From the human T2T-CHM13v2.0 reference genome, Homo sapiens: a stretch of DNA of 64,000 nucleotides. The first letter of the stretch is position 1. Every line of letters starts with the position of its first letter. A program made the position numbers and the translations under genes. Location: assembly GCF_009914755.1 (NCBI RefSeq), contig NC_060927.1. One strand, written 5' to 3'. Below are positions 51,440-64,000 of the stretch, in pieces. A model generated the notes under the pieces. The model was not told where the DNA came from, did not search any database, and saw only the letters and a list, made by a program, of their open reading frames with translations.

Positions 51440-52130
51440 AGCTGCCAGTCTCTCCTTCTTTACTGACAAACTCAATTTTATTGGGGGAAAAAAAAGTATC
51501 AAGCTACAAATTTATTTTTCTCAATCTTCCTTAATGCCAAGGGATGGCTATGATATATAGTCTGGTAGATGTGCTGCCATTATAAATTGTTTAGTATTAT
51601 TTTCATGAAAGCGTCTAGGAAAGAGGAAATTGGCTAGTAATTGATAGTCCACTATTCTTCCTCCTGCAAGGGGGTCATTGGTGATTTTTGAAATTGAGTC
51701 AGCCATTTTGCATTTACAAAAGAAGGTCTAGACAATCAAAGATACTCAGACTTTTATATTGGATACATTGTACCTATGCTCATTTATTTATTTCTTTATT
51801 TTTTTGAGAAGGAGTCTTGCTCTGTTGCCCAGGCTGTAATGCAGTAGCGCAATCTCAGCTCTCTGCAAGGGACTACAGGTGTCCGCCACCATGCATGGCT
51901 AAATTTTTTTGTATTTTTTTAGTAGAGACGGGTTTTCACCGTGTTAGCCAAGATGGTCTCGATTTCCTGACCTCGCGATCCGCCCGCCTCAGCCTCCCAA
52001 AGTGCTAGGATCACAGGTGTGAGCCACCGCACCCGGCCCCTATGCTCATTTTAAGATATTCAATACATGAAAAAGATATAATCTTCTTAGGGTAAATTTG
52101 ATTTCTTTTTTGTTATATACATTCCTAACT
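51440..52130 (+). mobile_element. LTR16-like ERVL LTR fragment split by AluY
   Basis: ttttctcaatcttccttaatgccaagggatggctatgatatatagtctgg; cagccattttg. Confidence 0.45.
51786..52038 (-). mobile_element. AluY with about 52-bp internal deletion, 13-bp TSD
   Basis: Y diagnostics ttcaccgtgttagccaagatggtctcgat, cctgacctcgcgatccgcccgcc; TSD cctatgctcattt at 51773-51785 and 52039-52051. Confidence 0.95.
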
Positions 52131-53090
52131 ATGTTGAGTCATATGTATTTAGTTCTTAAAGCAGCCAAAAATCAATGGTTTTCCTCCATACATAAATTAA
52201 CATAACTACATTCTCTTTTTTTTGGACATTATATAATGAAAAATAAGTATCCATACAACAATTAACATTGAGATATAAATTTTACTGTAAAAGACTCTCA
52301 GAAAATCATAGATGTATTAATAAAATTGATTGAACTTTTCTGAATACATATTTTCATTGTGTAGGAAGAAAGTAAAAGTGACTAATATGATTATTTCCAA
52401 ATTCACATTCTGCTGATGAAGGTAAAGAGAAATAACTGGCTTCTTCCATTTAAAATTTTGGAACCAGTCTTTGTGAAATTGGTGAGGTAATATTCTTCCT
52501 AATGGCACTTTCTCCCCCAAAGAGCTGAGTACATAAAATGTTAGTCACAATTTTGAAAGAGGCTTTGTATATAAACAGGAGAGGATAAATGTAAAATAAA
52601 GTGGCATCATACTTCCAATAAGTCTGTCTGCTTATCTATCAATTTATTCATTTATCTATCATCTGTTATCTGTTTGCTTGTTTAAAATAGAAAACACTTG
52701 CAAAATTACCATAACTGCATTGTGTAAGATCATAATAGAAAAATTACAATAAATACAGCATGCTTGCAATTGAAAAAATAAATGAAATTAGAAGAAACAC
52801 ACAGTATAATTTTTTATTCCTTTAAATTCTTATAATGTATCCAACATAAAAATAAAAGCATTGAATATGGACTCATTAAAGATAAGGGACAGGGAAGTTA
52901 TATAAGTTGCAAATGTGAAAGTAAGTAAATAATATAAGTAATTAAAAGGATAAAAATTAATACATATAATTCAAATCTTTTAAGTTTGTTAATTTCTTTT
53001 TTATTAAAAAATTCCGTATCTGGAAGCAAACCAAAAGCCGTTACAATTTCAGGTCTTATATGTTCTTATATATTCTATTATGTTGTGATA

Positions 53091-53468
53091 TGTATTAGTC
53101 AGCTAAGGCTGCCATAACAAAATGCCATAAACTGGGTGGCTTAAACAGAAATGTATTTTCCACGGTTTTGGAGGCTGGGAACTCCAAGATCAAGTTGCCA
53201 GCAAGATGGGTTTCATTTGGAAGCCATCTCATTGAATACTTACCTGCTTTCTTAGTGAATGCAGGGAGAGAAAGAGAGAGCAATCTCATTAGTATGTCTT
53301 CTTATGAGGGCACTCATCCCTTCATGAGGTCTCTACCCTGGTGACCTCCTCTCCCTTAATTACCTCCCAAAGGTTTCACTTCTAAATACTATCCTATTAG
53401 GTATTAAAGCTTCAACATGTGAATGGTGGGGTGGGAGGGTGGGGGAGGCAAACATTCAGTCCATAACA
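53091..53468 (-). mobile_element. MLT1A0 solo LTR
   Basis: tgtattagtcagctaaggctgccataacaaaatgccataaactgggtggcttaaacag...tcttcttatgagggcactcatccc...ttacctcccaaagg...caaacattcagtccataaca. Confidence 0.92.
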
Positions 53469-56400
53469 CATAAAAATCTTTTATTGTGATCACCAAATTG
53501 ATTTTATGACAAGGTTGAAAGCTTGGCTAATACAACAGTATAGACCATACAAATAATCATTTCAATCTGAATGCAATTACATTTTGACCCATTTAAGCAA
53601 TTGTGGATTATAATCTTTCATCGAAAATCCTTTAAAACTTATTTGAGAATGCAGATGTGATAACAATGCTTGTTTTCTGCACTGCGAGGGGACTTTTCTT
53701 CCTTTTAAATTTAATCATTGGGCATTTGTAAGTCAAAAAAGTGAGGACGGAGTTTGTGGCTTTTTGGCACATATTATTTTTGTCTTGTGCTATAGGTTCT
53801 TTACCCAGACAAATGTCAGAATTCTGATTTTTTTTACACTATAAAATTCAGATAAAATGACTTAAAGTCTATGATTGATGGCACAGAAAATTCCAAATGG
53901 TGAGGAAAAGTTCGTAGCCTTGGCAACAAGTCATCGAATTATTTGAGGAAGAGTTTTATCTATCAATAAATATTTTAACAAAATCAACCAAAAATAACCT
54001 TCTATTGTAACAGATAGAAAAAAAATTAAATATATGTTTTTGTTGATCCTTCACTTTATAAAATCACACTGTTTAAAAAGTTCTGTGTTTGACATTACAC
54101 CTGTATTCTAAGTCCTTTCTGCCCTGAAAAACTGTGAGACCTTCTGACCATGTTGAACTATGGATTTCCTCATAGACATATGGAAGAATCAGGGTTGCTA
54201 AGGCCTAATGTTCCTTCCAACAATAAATTGTCCATTATTTTCCCATTAATTTGTTAGAAGGCTGAATTTCAGGATTGTTCTGCTCAGTTACGCTAAATCA
54301 AACAGGAAATCTATGTCGATATTTTCAAAGGAAGAGAATATGAAAGGAGTACCATCTTCCAGTCCAAAAGTCCTACTTAGCCAAAAAAAAAAAAAAAAGC
54401 GAGAGAAGTTCCAGAAGATAGACCTTGTTGGAGACAAGAAGAGGGAGAAAAAAAAACATTAATTTTTCTTTTTTTGTTTACAGTTTTGAGTCATTATTGC
54501 AAATGACTAAAGCAGAGGGAAGGGCAGGCATGGGAAGTAGTCTCAGTTGTGCACTGCACATTTCTTGGATCAAAAATCTTAAGACAAAATAATTGATTTA
54601 ATGCTGTGAAAAGGGAATAAAAAGCTATTGATTTCTCAGTGTGTGTCTTAATGACTGTGAGCCGCACATTATGTGTTGATATTATTTGTGTATCTTCCCT
54701 TCCCCTAGTTTAAAGATAAATTATTATGGGAAGAAATATCAAAAAGGAGACCTTGTAAACGTTTAATGCATTCAAGATAAGATCAATAGACCCAGTAAGG
54801 CTCATACCAGGGCATTTTGTAAAAAAGTCTGGGAACAGAGAAGTGTGAGACAATGTCCCATTGCAGGTGATTGAGAAATACATTTTACTTGTAAATGACT
54901 TTTGAAATGCAAAATCCAAAACCTAATTTAAAAATTTAGTATTAAGTCATGAGTAAATATTGCTTATTTAAGAAGATGCTTACACTTTACTCATAGTTCA
55001 TGAAAAATGTTTATGTATTTTTAACATTATAATATCTAAAAATACAATTAGTGGAAGGTTTTTTTAATCGAGTAACCTCCAACATTAAGAAGCAAAGAAG
55101 TAAAATGTCCATGTTTATCCAGCTACTTGACCTGATTAGCATTTTTTAAGTCAAAATGCTAGTTATTGCTCATAGCTTCCTTCAGGATTATAAATTACAA
55201 AGCTCCTTTGTTTTTCTGACAAAAGGAAGTGAAAATGTTCTCCAAATTCACTTGGACAGTGTGATGTGGGACTCTAAGTATATTACATTAAGTATATTTC
55301 ACACTTGAAGATATGATCCTTTTGTTTTAATACTAAGGATGATGTTTGGTTTATTTAACATCAAGATGGCCTATTAATGTGATGTTTGTCATAGTGAAAG
55401 AGCCTTCAGTTGTTCATAAATAAAATCGTTTCCTACTAAAGAGTCTTGGGCTCAAGCAAGGTTAGGTGACTTGAGGAAGTTGATCATATACAGTTGCTTG
55501 ATAACTTTTTGGTTTCATATATTCAGTCCAAAGTTTTCTGTTTTAACTACATGATGAAACCATTATTGATTTAAGTTATTTTCAGAAGGCATCTATTTTC
55601 ATTTTACTTTTATATAAATTGTTTTTTTTCCAATCATACAATATGCTTCAAAGCTTAATTAATAGTTATTTTTCTAAACTACATTTTTGAGTCTTACTGA
55701 TTTTTTAATAAAGGACTTCAATGCTTTTTATGAGAAAATGTTCTTATGAAACCACACAGAAAATTGACATTAAACTTGCCTTTTCTGTTACTGTTCATTT
55801 TAATAAAAACTTTATTGGGTTTTCCAAGGAAAAGCTCAGCAGGAGATGTTTCCTTCATTAGAAAATTTCAAGTGCTTAGGGGAATAGAATATGTTAGTCT
55901 CTCATTTTCAAATTCATTACACTTTTTTTCTTAAATTTCACTAGTAGGATTTTAGGGGAAAAAATCATCCTGCTTTTTCCTATACTTGATAACCCGTATT
56001 TCTAGACAGTGATCTTTGTACAATCTGACCTTAGAAATTTTACACAATGCATAATAATTTTGGGAGATTTATAAAATATTAAATTCCTGTCCCAAGATAA
56101 AGAAAATAATAAACACATGCACAATAGATATCATATCTAAATTGCATTCTACCTGGTGACATTTTCACATTTCTGCAGCAGCTGCTGCACATATGAATTC
56201 ACAGAGCTTATTAGGTCTGTAATCTGATTTTGGCTTCTGGGATTTTGTTGTTTTGTATTTTTCCTGAAGTTTTTATATGAGTACACTTTAATCTGCATAA
56301 AAAATATTCACAGTGTCTGGAGCTAAGGAAAGGATTCTTATGTAAATGAAATATTTAAAATTCCGAATAGCAACTTCAGACAAATGGAGGATAAATGACA

Positions 56401-57099
56401 GGGAATTAAAACATTAGAGGAATATTTTCAATATGGTAATTGGATTCAAATATTTATTTTTCTACAGAACATCAAAGATCTACTAACAAGCTTGTGCCCA
56501 GACTGAGTGAAATTAAAAAAAAAAAAACATTTAAATATATTTAAACTTTAAAAATATTCTACCAATTTAAAAATATAACCCCTGCCCCTGCATTTCGTTA
56601 TACCCTCTTAATATGCCCCTGTCTTCACTATGTCAGTCTTGTGAGTAGAGGTGATAATGAAAATGTTTATCAAACCCTTCTGATATGGGCATTGATCATT
56701 CAGGAGAGACGCTTGAGAACACAATATGGGAAGCGACCAAGTCCATCAGTTCAGACACACCAGTGCCTACTGAATTAAGCCTCAATCCTGGTTCTCACTA
56801 GTCTTTTATTCAGGCTTCATCGTGGGTCACCATAAAGAATCTATGGCTCCTATGACACCTTTGGGCCTAAGACATTATTATTTTTTTTAATCTGTGGACT
56901 ATTTGGATCTTAGATATGTGACTAGAATTTCTCTTTTTATCTCTTTGAATTTGTTTAGTAATGAGAAGAATAAAAGCAATTAAGCAGACATCTTTTTTTA
57001 AAAAAAAGAATAAAATAGTGTTTATCAATATTCTCTAAATCTGGTTTTTCAAAAAAAAAAGTAAAATACATACGGTTTTAACAAGTGTGGACAAAAAAA

Positions 57100-58620
57100 G
57101 TAAAAATGTTTAAATAAGCAATATATAAATCTGAAACTTGAGTTTGAATAGAGGTAAGGATGAAATTGAAATTTTGGTGAATACATATACATTTAAAACA
57201 ATACCTATAAAAACAAGATAAAATGAACAAACTTATAGAAAAATATTATTAGTAAAGGTATCCCAAGAATTAGAAAATCTAAAGTTACCAATAACCATAC
57301 ATTTTAAAATTGGTATTTAATTTCACAATTAGATACCAATCTCAGATTTCATTGACAAATTCTACTGATTTTTGAAAAATAGATGTTTCTCAAATTATAA
57401 AATTATCACAAACCAACAAAAAACTAAAAAACCACTAAATGTACTGTAAGAAATAATACTAGGATGCAGCAAAGGGAAAACCTCATAAATATAAAGGCAA
57501 AAATACTTCGTATAAATATTACAAAATTTATTTAGTGCTGGATAAAAATACATAGTAAGCAACTAGGAATTAAAATATCTTGTAACATTAAACAAATCTA
57601 TTCATGTACTTTACATTACAAAAAGTATGGAAAAAATAAAATTCTACACACATTTTTGATAAAATATCTTAGCAAACTATGAAGAAATGGAAACTTTGAT
57701 TAAAATTTTTAACTATAGACTTACAACAATTATCTTACTTAACATTAAACCTACAGAGATATTTCTATTAAAATCAAGTACAGAGCAAACCTTCAAAATA
57801 GTTGCAGTTTCCAGTCAACACAAAAATAAAGGAAGAGAAAGAGAAGAATAACATTATTTATTAGCAGTAATAATGTATCTCCAGAAAATCAAAGGAAGTT
57901 AATGGACACATTATTATAATTAATAAGAAGTTTTAACAACATGGCTAGATGCAGCATTGATATACATAAAAATGTATTTGCATTAATTTAAAAAGTAATA
58001 TAAAATATTAAATTTATAATAAACAAAAACTAAATAGTAGCAAAAAATAAACCTAAAATGAATAAAACTTTAAGTTATAAATGTTAAAAAAATCAGATTA
58101 AATGGAGAAGTGTATCATATATTTGAATTAGAAAATGACAGTTCTCCCAAATTCATTTATAAATTCAATATAATAAAAATCCCCATTACTACAGATTATT
58201 TCTAAAACTTGGCCAGGTGTTTCTGATTACTATAGGTAACTATAAATCTAAACAAAGCTTAAAAATACAAGCAAAATAAAAGAGGAGTAATTATCGGATC
58301 TCAAAATATAATTATACTATATGTTATAATACAAATATATAAGTCATATATCATATTCACATATAAATTAAAACTTTTAAATTAAACCATGTGTTTTGCA
58401 GTCAGGAATTTTAAAAATGTACACCAATGGTGTTTAATAAATATCCTAGAAATAAGCCCATGAATATGTGAGTGATTGGCATATAATAATGTTGACATAG
58501 CAACACAATGAATGAAACCGGGTTTGGGTTTAACACTACTGGCCATCTATTTTGGGGAGGCAAAAAAGAATCTAATTTCCAAGGATTCTTGAATTTCAAA
58601 CATATTTAAGATCTAAGAGT
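57100..58620 (+). mobile_element. Highly decayed L1ME ORF2 region
   Basis: A-rich; aaatgaacaaacttatagaaaaatat, ttgataaaatatcttagcaaacta, cagttctcccaaattcatttataaattcaat, aaatatcctagaaataagccca. Confidence 0.65.
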
Positions 58621-58639
58621 TAAAAAAAAACACTAAAAA

Positions 58640-58750
58640 TATCTACTTCATGCAAGTCTTTGTTCAAATATTACCTTTTCAGTGAGCTCTACCATGACCA
58701 CTCTATTTAAAATTACAAACACCCCTTACTTCATTTCTATAGCACTCATC
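58640..58750 (+). mobile_element. L2a fragment
   Basis: cttcatgcaagtctttgttcaaatattaccttttcagtgagctctaccatgaccactctatttaaaatt. Confidence 0.75.
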
Positions 58751-59874
58751 TTGAAATTAACACTCAAATGAAAACGTTTCAACATTTCTGATTATTTCGG
58801 TAGCATACATGCATGTAATAAAAATACTGAATATAAAAGTATCATTTTATTTATCTCTTCATACAGATTAAGGCATTTCTACACTCTTCCCTCTTCCTTT
58901 ACTATATTACTTTACACAACATTTGGTTTATTTTAACAATTTATTTTCTACCATATACACACACACACATAACTCACTTCATTCTCACCAGATTGATGAA
59001 TACTTTTCATGTTTATTTACCTTATAGTCATAAAATGTTATTTTATTATTTCCATTTTAAATTAGATATTCTGACCATTATATTTAAACTCTTAATCTAG
59101 GTCGATTTTGGAGAAGTATTATGCCTTCTTGCTATAACCATCTTTGTGAAAAAGTGCCTAGGAGTTTCCTTCTAACATATACAATTGCATTTGTGCAGAT
59201 CAAAGAAATATCAATATAATTATTCACAAAACCTGCATATTATATAAATTTGGGTTTACTGCAGGTCATGATATATTATCTAATTCCATTACTGCATAAA
59301 GCAAAGGATTGACAGAATATGCTTAGCATGAGAAAAAGTTATTTCTGTCACAACTATTATTAATATATGTGACTTCTTCCTCCATGGTTACTCTTATTCT
59401 AATGTTTTAATTATAAAGTGTACAACTTAGCAAAGAATATTCAGAGGAGGGTTCATAAAGCACTCATTTTGATAAGAAAATCCATTATCAAAACTATTTA
59501 CACTAATCAGATCATCAAATTTTATGTTAACAAACTAAAATCAAAATCAAATACAAAAGGCTCTTGACAATTTATAAAAAAAAAACTAGAAGAGATTTTA
59601 AAAGACAGTATCTCTCTCTTGATAGAACAAGCCTATTTACAGCCCTATTTCAAATACATGGCAACTTTCCTTGTCTTATTAACCCAACTTTCTGGTTTCC
59701 TTTCATTAACACCTGGTTGGAGCTCATTCCCTCATTGGGAAACACCTGTCCACAGTTAACAAGGTGTTAACCATAAAAACAATAACAAGTTGAGTCAGGA
59801 AATTAGTTCACAAATTCTCAGAATAAAAAATAAAAGTATACTATTTTTTCAAGAATAAAAGGTTTATGGTGATT

Positions 59875-60060
59875 CTAGCTTTGTAAGTGAGCAAATTATT
59901 AAGCCTCTCATGGTCTTGCTTTACTCATCTCAAGAGTGGGAATAATGATTATATTCATTTCATAGATTTTTTGTAGAGATCAATGTAGTTAATACAGGTA
60001 AATGTCTGGCACACAGCAAGCACTAAAAACGTGTTAGCCATCATCATTATCCTTATTATT
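59875..60060 (+). mobile_element. MIR (MIRb-like)
   Basis: gagcaaattattaagcctctc...tttactcatctcaagagtgggaataatgat...tctggcacacagcaagcactaaaaacgtgttagccatcatcattat. Confidence 0.8.
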
Positions 60061-61457
60061 ATACACATTTTGGTTGAAATATATAGATGTGTAATATGCA
60101 TGTATGTGCCATTATATTACATTACTGATACATATGCCTTTCAGTGTTTTGTGTGCTATTGTGCTCAGTCAATAATTATATAATAGTGAAGTGGTCTATA
60201 CAATTTTCTCATGGCTAATAATTTTAGTGTATCATAAAGAAAATGCTGTAATTCAATATAGTTTGTCAGTATTATGATTGGAACTTATATATCTTGAATT
60301 TTTCACTGCATGTGGCTTATCTTTCTGCGTTTTATGTTAAGTTCTGGAGAATGATTTAACCAGTAACGGCTTTTAAAAAGTACATTAGATAATGCCTTCA
60401 CAAATAAAGAAAGGGGATCAGACTAAATGTTGATATAGAACTTTGACTTTTTCTTCTAGTGCCATTCATGCTGACTTGCTGAAAACAACTATAAGGCTGA
60501 TTTAAATACGAGGCCAGTCTTTTCAGGCATTGGAAAACATGGAGCACAGCTCAGTGACCATTGAGAGAATAAAATGAAGTAAACCCTGTCAAGCCCTCAA
60601 GTCTTCGCATGGTGGCGCTACTCTGCTGTGACACAGAGAGAAAGGGTCTAAACAGCTCATCGTGGTGTCATTGATCAGAGTAGAAACATTCAGCTTCCCA
60701 ACTATTGCAGCTTCTGAGTTTTTTAAGACACAGTCATAAAGAAGAGGGAGTTCCTGAGAAGGGATCCCTATTTGGCATCCCAGGGGGCAAGGTTAGAGAG
60801 AATGGAGGAGAAACAAATTTGAAAAGGTCATAGTTAAAAATTTCCTAATATTGGTGAAAAATATAAAAGATACAGCAAATCCCTAAGTAGAATAAATCCA
60901 AAGACACACCTTAACACATTACAGTCACACAGCTCAAGAATAAAGATTAAGAGAAATCTTACAAATAGCCAGAAAAAAACACAACATATTAAATATTTGA
61001 GATGAAACATACAAATGATGACTGACTTTTCATTACCACCAATGGAAAGGGTAAGACGATGGAATACCAATAAAATGTTAAAAAGTAAAAATGTTCTTCA
61101 AACACGCAGGTGCATTCAAGACATTTTCAGATTTCAGAATAATGGAGAATAAATGTTATCAGTGTATCTAAGAAATTTAACTGAAATTCCTTAGGAAAAT
61201 GACAGCAGATGGAAGCTTTTATTTTCAAAAAATATGAAGAGTAATAGAAGTGCTAAATGCTTGGATAAATATAAAAGATAATCTTTCATATATGTAAATA
61301 TATTATTAATATCATATATATATACACAATAGTTTCACATATTGAGGAGATAAAATAATTTTACTGGTCTAAGGTTCTCACATGTTATATGAAGTGGTAC
61401 AATATTGTCCTTAAGTCAATAGTGATAACTTGTTATTACAAATTTTAATCCTTAGAG

Positions 61458-61673
61458 CACTTATTCTAAACAACGTGTGATTGTTTTCTCTCATAGGACA
61501 TTTGAAAATATCCGGAAACATTTTTAGTTGTTCATAACTGGAGGAGTACTCCTGGCATCTAGAGAATAAAGGCCAAGTCTGCTAATAAACATACTGCAAT
61601 ATACAGGATAGCCCCTCACAACAAAGAATTATCTAGGCTTAAATGGCAACAGTGACAATATTGAGAAATACTG
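61458..61673 (+). mobile_element. MER20 hAT-Charlie DNA transposon with 8-bp TSD
   Basis: ggacatttgaaaatatccggaaacatttttagttgt...ctggcatctagaga...cccctcacaacaaagaattatctagg...ttgagaaatactg; TSD ccttagag/ccctagaa. Confidence 0.9.
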
Positions 61674-62388
61674 CCCTAGAACACCTATTTGAATAGTTAA
61701 AGAGATTCTAAAAAGCTAGCAGTAGAGGAATTTAAATTAGCATGTGAAAGCTAATGAGCTTACCCAAAAGAAGGTATAAATGGAGGGATAGAAGAAAAAG
61801 AAAAAATAAAGAGGTGGCAACTGGAAAGCAAATAGTAAATGGTAGACTTAAACTTCACTATATAAATAATGATATTAAATGTAAATAAATTAAACACTCC
61901 ATTTAATAGCAGAGATTGTCAGTTGGGATAAAAAATAAAACTATATGGTATTTATATGATATATAATTTAAAATAAGGAAAGATAAAATATAAAATGAAT
62001 ATGAAATGATAAAAATAAAAGCATTAAACTTAATTCTGTAGCATCTATATTAATATAAGACCAAAAAGCGTTAGACAAAAATACTAACATTTAAAAATTG
62101 AGATATGATGACTAAGGGGCATTTTGGAAGGAGGGCATAAAATCTGTATATTCACCTAATTGAGCTTCAAAATATATGAAGCATGGAGTGATTACCTATA
62201 GGGAGATATCAGCAGATCTGTAATCACATTTGGAGCTTTTTATCATCATTCACACAGTATTAGAATAATTAAATAAAAATGTGACAAGATACATAGCATA
62301 TTTAAACACCATCAACCAACCTGACTTAATTGATATATTAAAACACTACAATCTACTACAAAAAAAATTTTCTCTTCCAGTACACATG

Positions 62389-62745
62389 TGATATGGTTTG
62401 GCTCTGCATGCCCACCCAAATCTCACCTTGAATTGTAATAACCCCCATGTGTCAAGGGTGGAACCAAGTGGAGAAAATTGAATCATGGGAGCAGTTTGTC
62501 CCATGCTGTTCCTGTGACAGCGAGTGAGTTCTCACGAGATCTGATGGTTTTTATAAGGGGCTTCCTCCTTTTCTCAGCACTGATTCTCTCTCCTGCTGCC
62601 CTGTGAAGAGGTGCCTTCTGACATGATTGTAAGTTTCCTGAGGCCTCCCCAGCATGCACAACTGTGCGTCAATTAAAACTCGTATCTTTATAAATTTCCC
62701 AGTCTTGGGTACTTTGTCATAGTAGCATAAGAACAGACTAATACA
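62389..62745 (+). mobile_element. THE1D-like solo LTR
   Basis: tgatatggtttggctctg...cccacccaaatctcaccttgaattgtaata...gagttctcacgagatctgatggttttt...gattgtaagtttcctgaggcctcccc...gactaataca; TSD acatg/acata. Confidence 0.9.
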
Positions 62746-63261
62746 ACATAGAATTATTGAAAATTCAGATTATGGTCTTTAACCACAGTGAAAAAAAAAT
62801 TAGGACTTTGTAACAATGCAACTATTAGAAAATTACTGCATTTTTGGAATTAAAATAACACATTTCTAAAAAGCCCCTGGGTCAAAAATAAAATGATAAG
62901 TTATATAAAACTGACTGCCTTTTAGGATGTAGCTAAGCAGTGTTTAGAGGGAAATTTATAACTTTAAAAGATCATATTTGAATAAAAATATTTAATAATC
63001 TATCACCTAAATTTCCCCATAAAATTCAGAAAAAGCCGAACAGGTGAAATCAAAAGTTAATAGAAGGAAAATAATTAAGACCAGGGAAAATTCAATGAGA
63101 TAATAATAATAAAAAAAACAGGACAATTTAACAAAGTTGAAATCAGAAAAATGAATTTTAAAAATCAGTTTACAGTAAAAAATATTTAAATAGGTAAACA
63201 AAGTAAATTTTTAGGAATGAATAAAAAAAGTTCAAGATTTCTACACTGAAAAGTGGAAAAA

Positions 63262-63582
<321 letters not shown>

Positions 63583-64000
63583 TTATGAAGACCTAGATAA
63601 ATGGAGCAATAAACCATCTTCATTAATTTGAAAATTCAATATTTTCAAAGTGTCAATATTTGTACATTGTTCCATACATTTTATGCAAATTTAGTAAAAA
63701 TGCCAATGGGCTTCCTTGGAAAAATTTGATAATTTTTTTCAAATACTCATATGAAAATGCAAAGAACTTGGAATAGTCAAGACATTTCCCCAAAAAAGGT
63801 CACTGTTGTAGAACACATACTAACTGTTATCAAAACTTACTATAAACTTATAATAATCAATATAATATACTAATGGACAAGAATAGAAAAGCATATCAAA
63901 AGCATAATAGCACAGATAATCCAGAAATAGATTCACACTTATAAATTCAATTGATGTTTGAAAAAGTTCTATGAAAAAAAAATGATGGAAGAAATTTTTC

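Noticed and set aside
53770-53930. Possible splice acceptor tttttgtcttgtgctatag|g and downstream exon
   Set aside because: Such acceptor-like motifs are common; I identified no convincing donor or coding frame, so transcript data would be needed

Overview
AT-rich, CpG-poor primate (simian; human-like) intergenic or deep-intronic DNA. Alu J/S/Y, THE1A/C/D, MST/MLT MaLR LTRs, old L1 (L1MA-ME, L1PB, one L1PA fragment), L2, MIR, MER20 and Tigger4b relics make up a large share of the window. I found no credible protein-coding exon, RNA gene, CpG island or CRISPR-like array. The supplied ORFs are chance ORFs, microsatellite translations or decayed retroelement reading frames (THE1 internal ORF, L1 ORF1). 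A decayed ERV-L protease motif was also read by hand. Repeat subfamily calls come from recalled consensus motifs, not from a database search, so boundaries are approximate (about +/-10-50 bp for old elements). I cannot support a previously undescribed biological system here. The most unusual signals are mutational and structural: a two-source locally templated insertion at 17061-17183, an inverted L1PA/AluY chimeric insertion at 27231-27465, an imperfect palindrome in otherwise unique DNA at about 2083-2240, a template-switch micro-inversion at 11881-11935, a tail-to-tail fusion of inverted MaLR LTRs at about 4638, and two twin-primed old L1 insertions.
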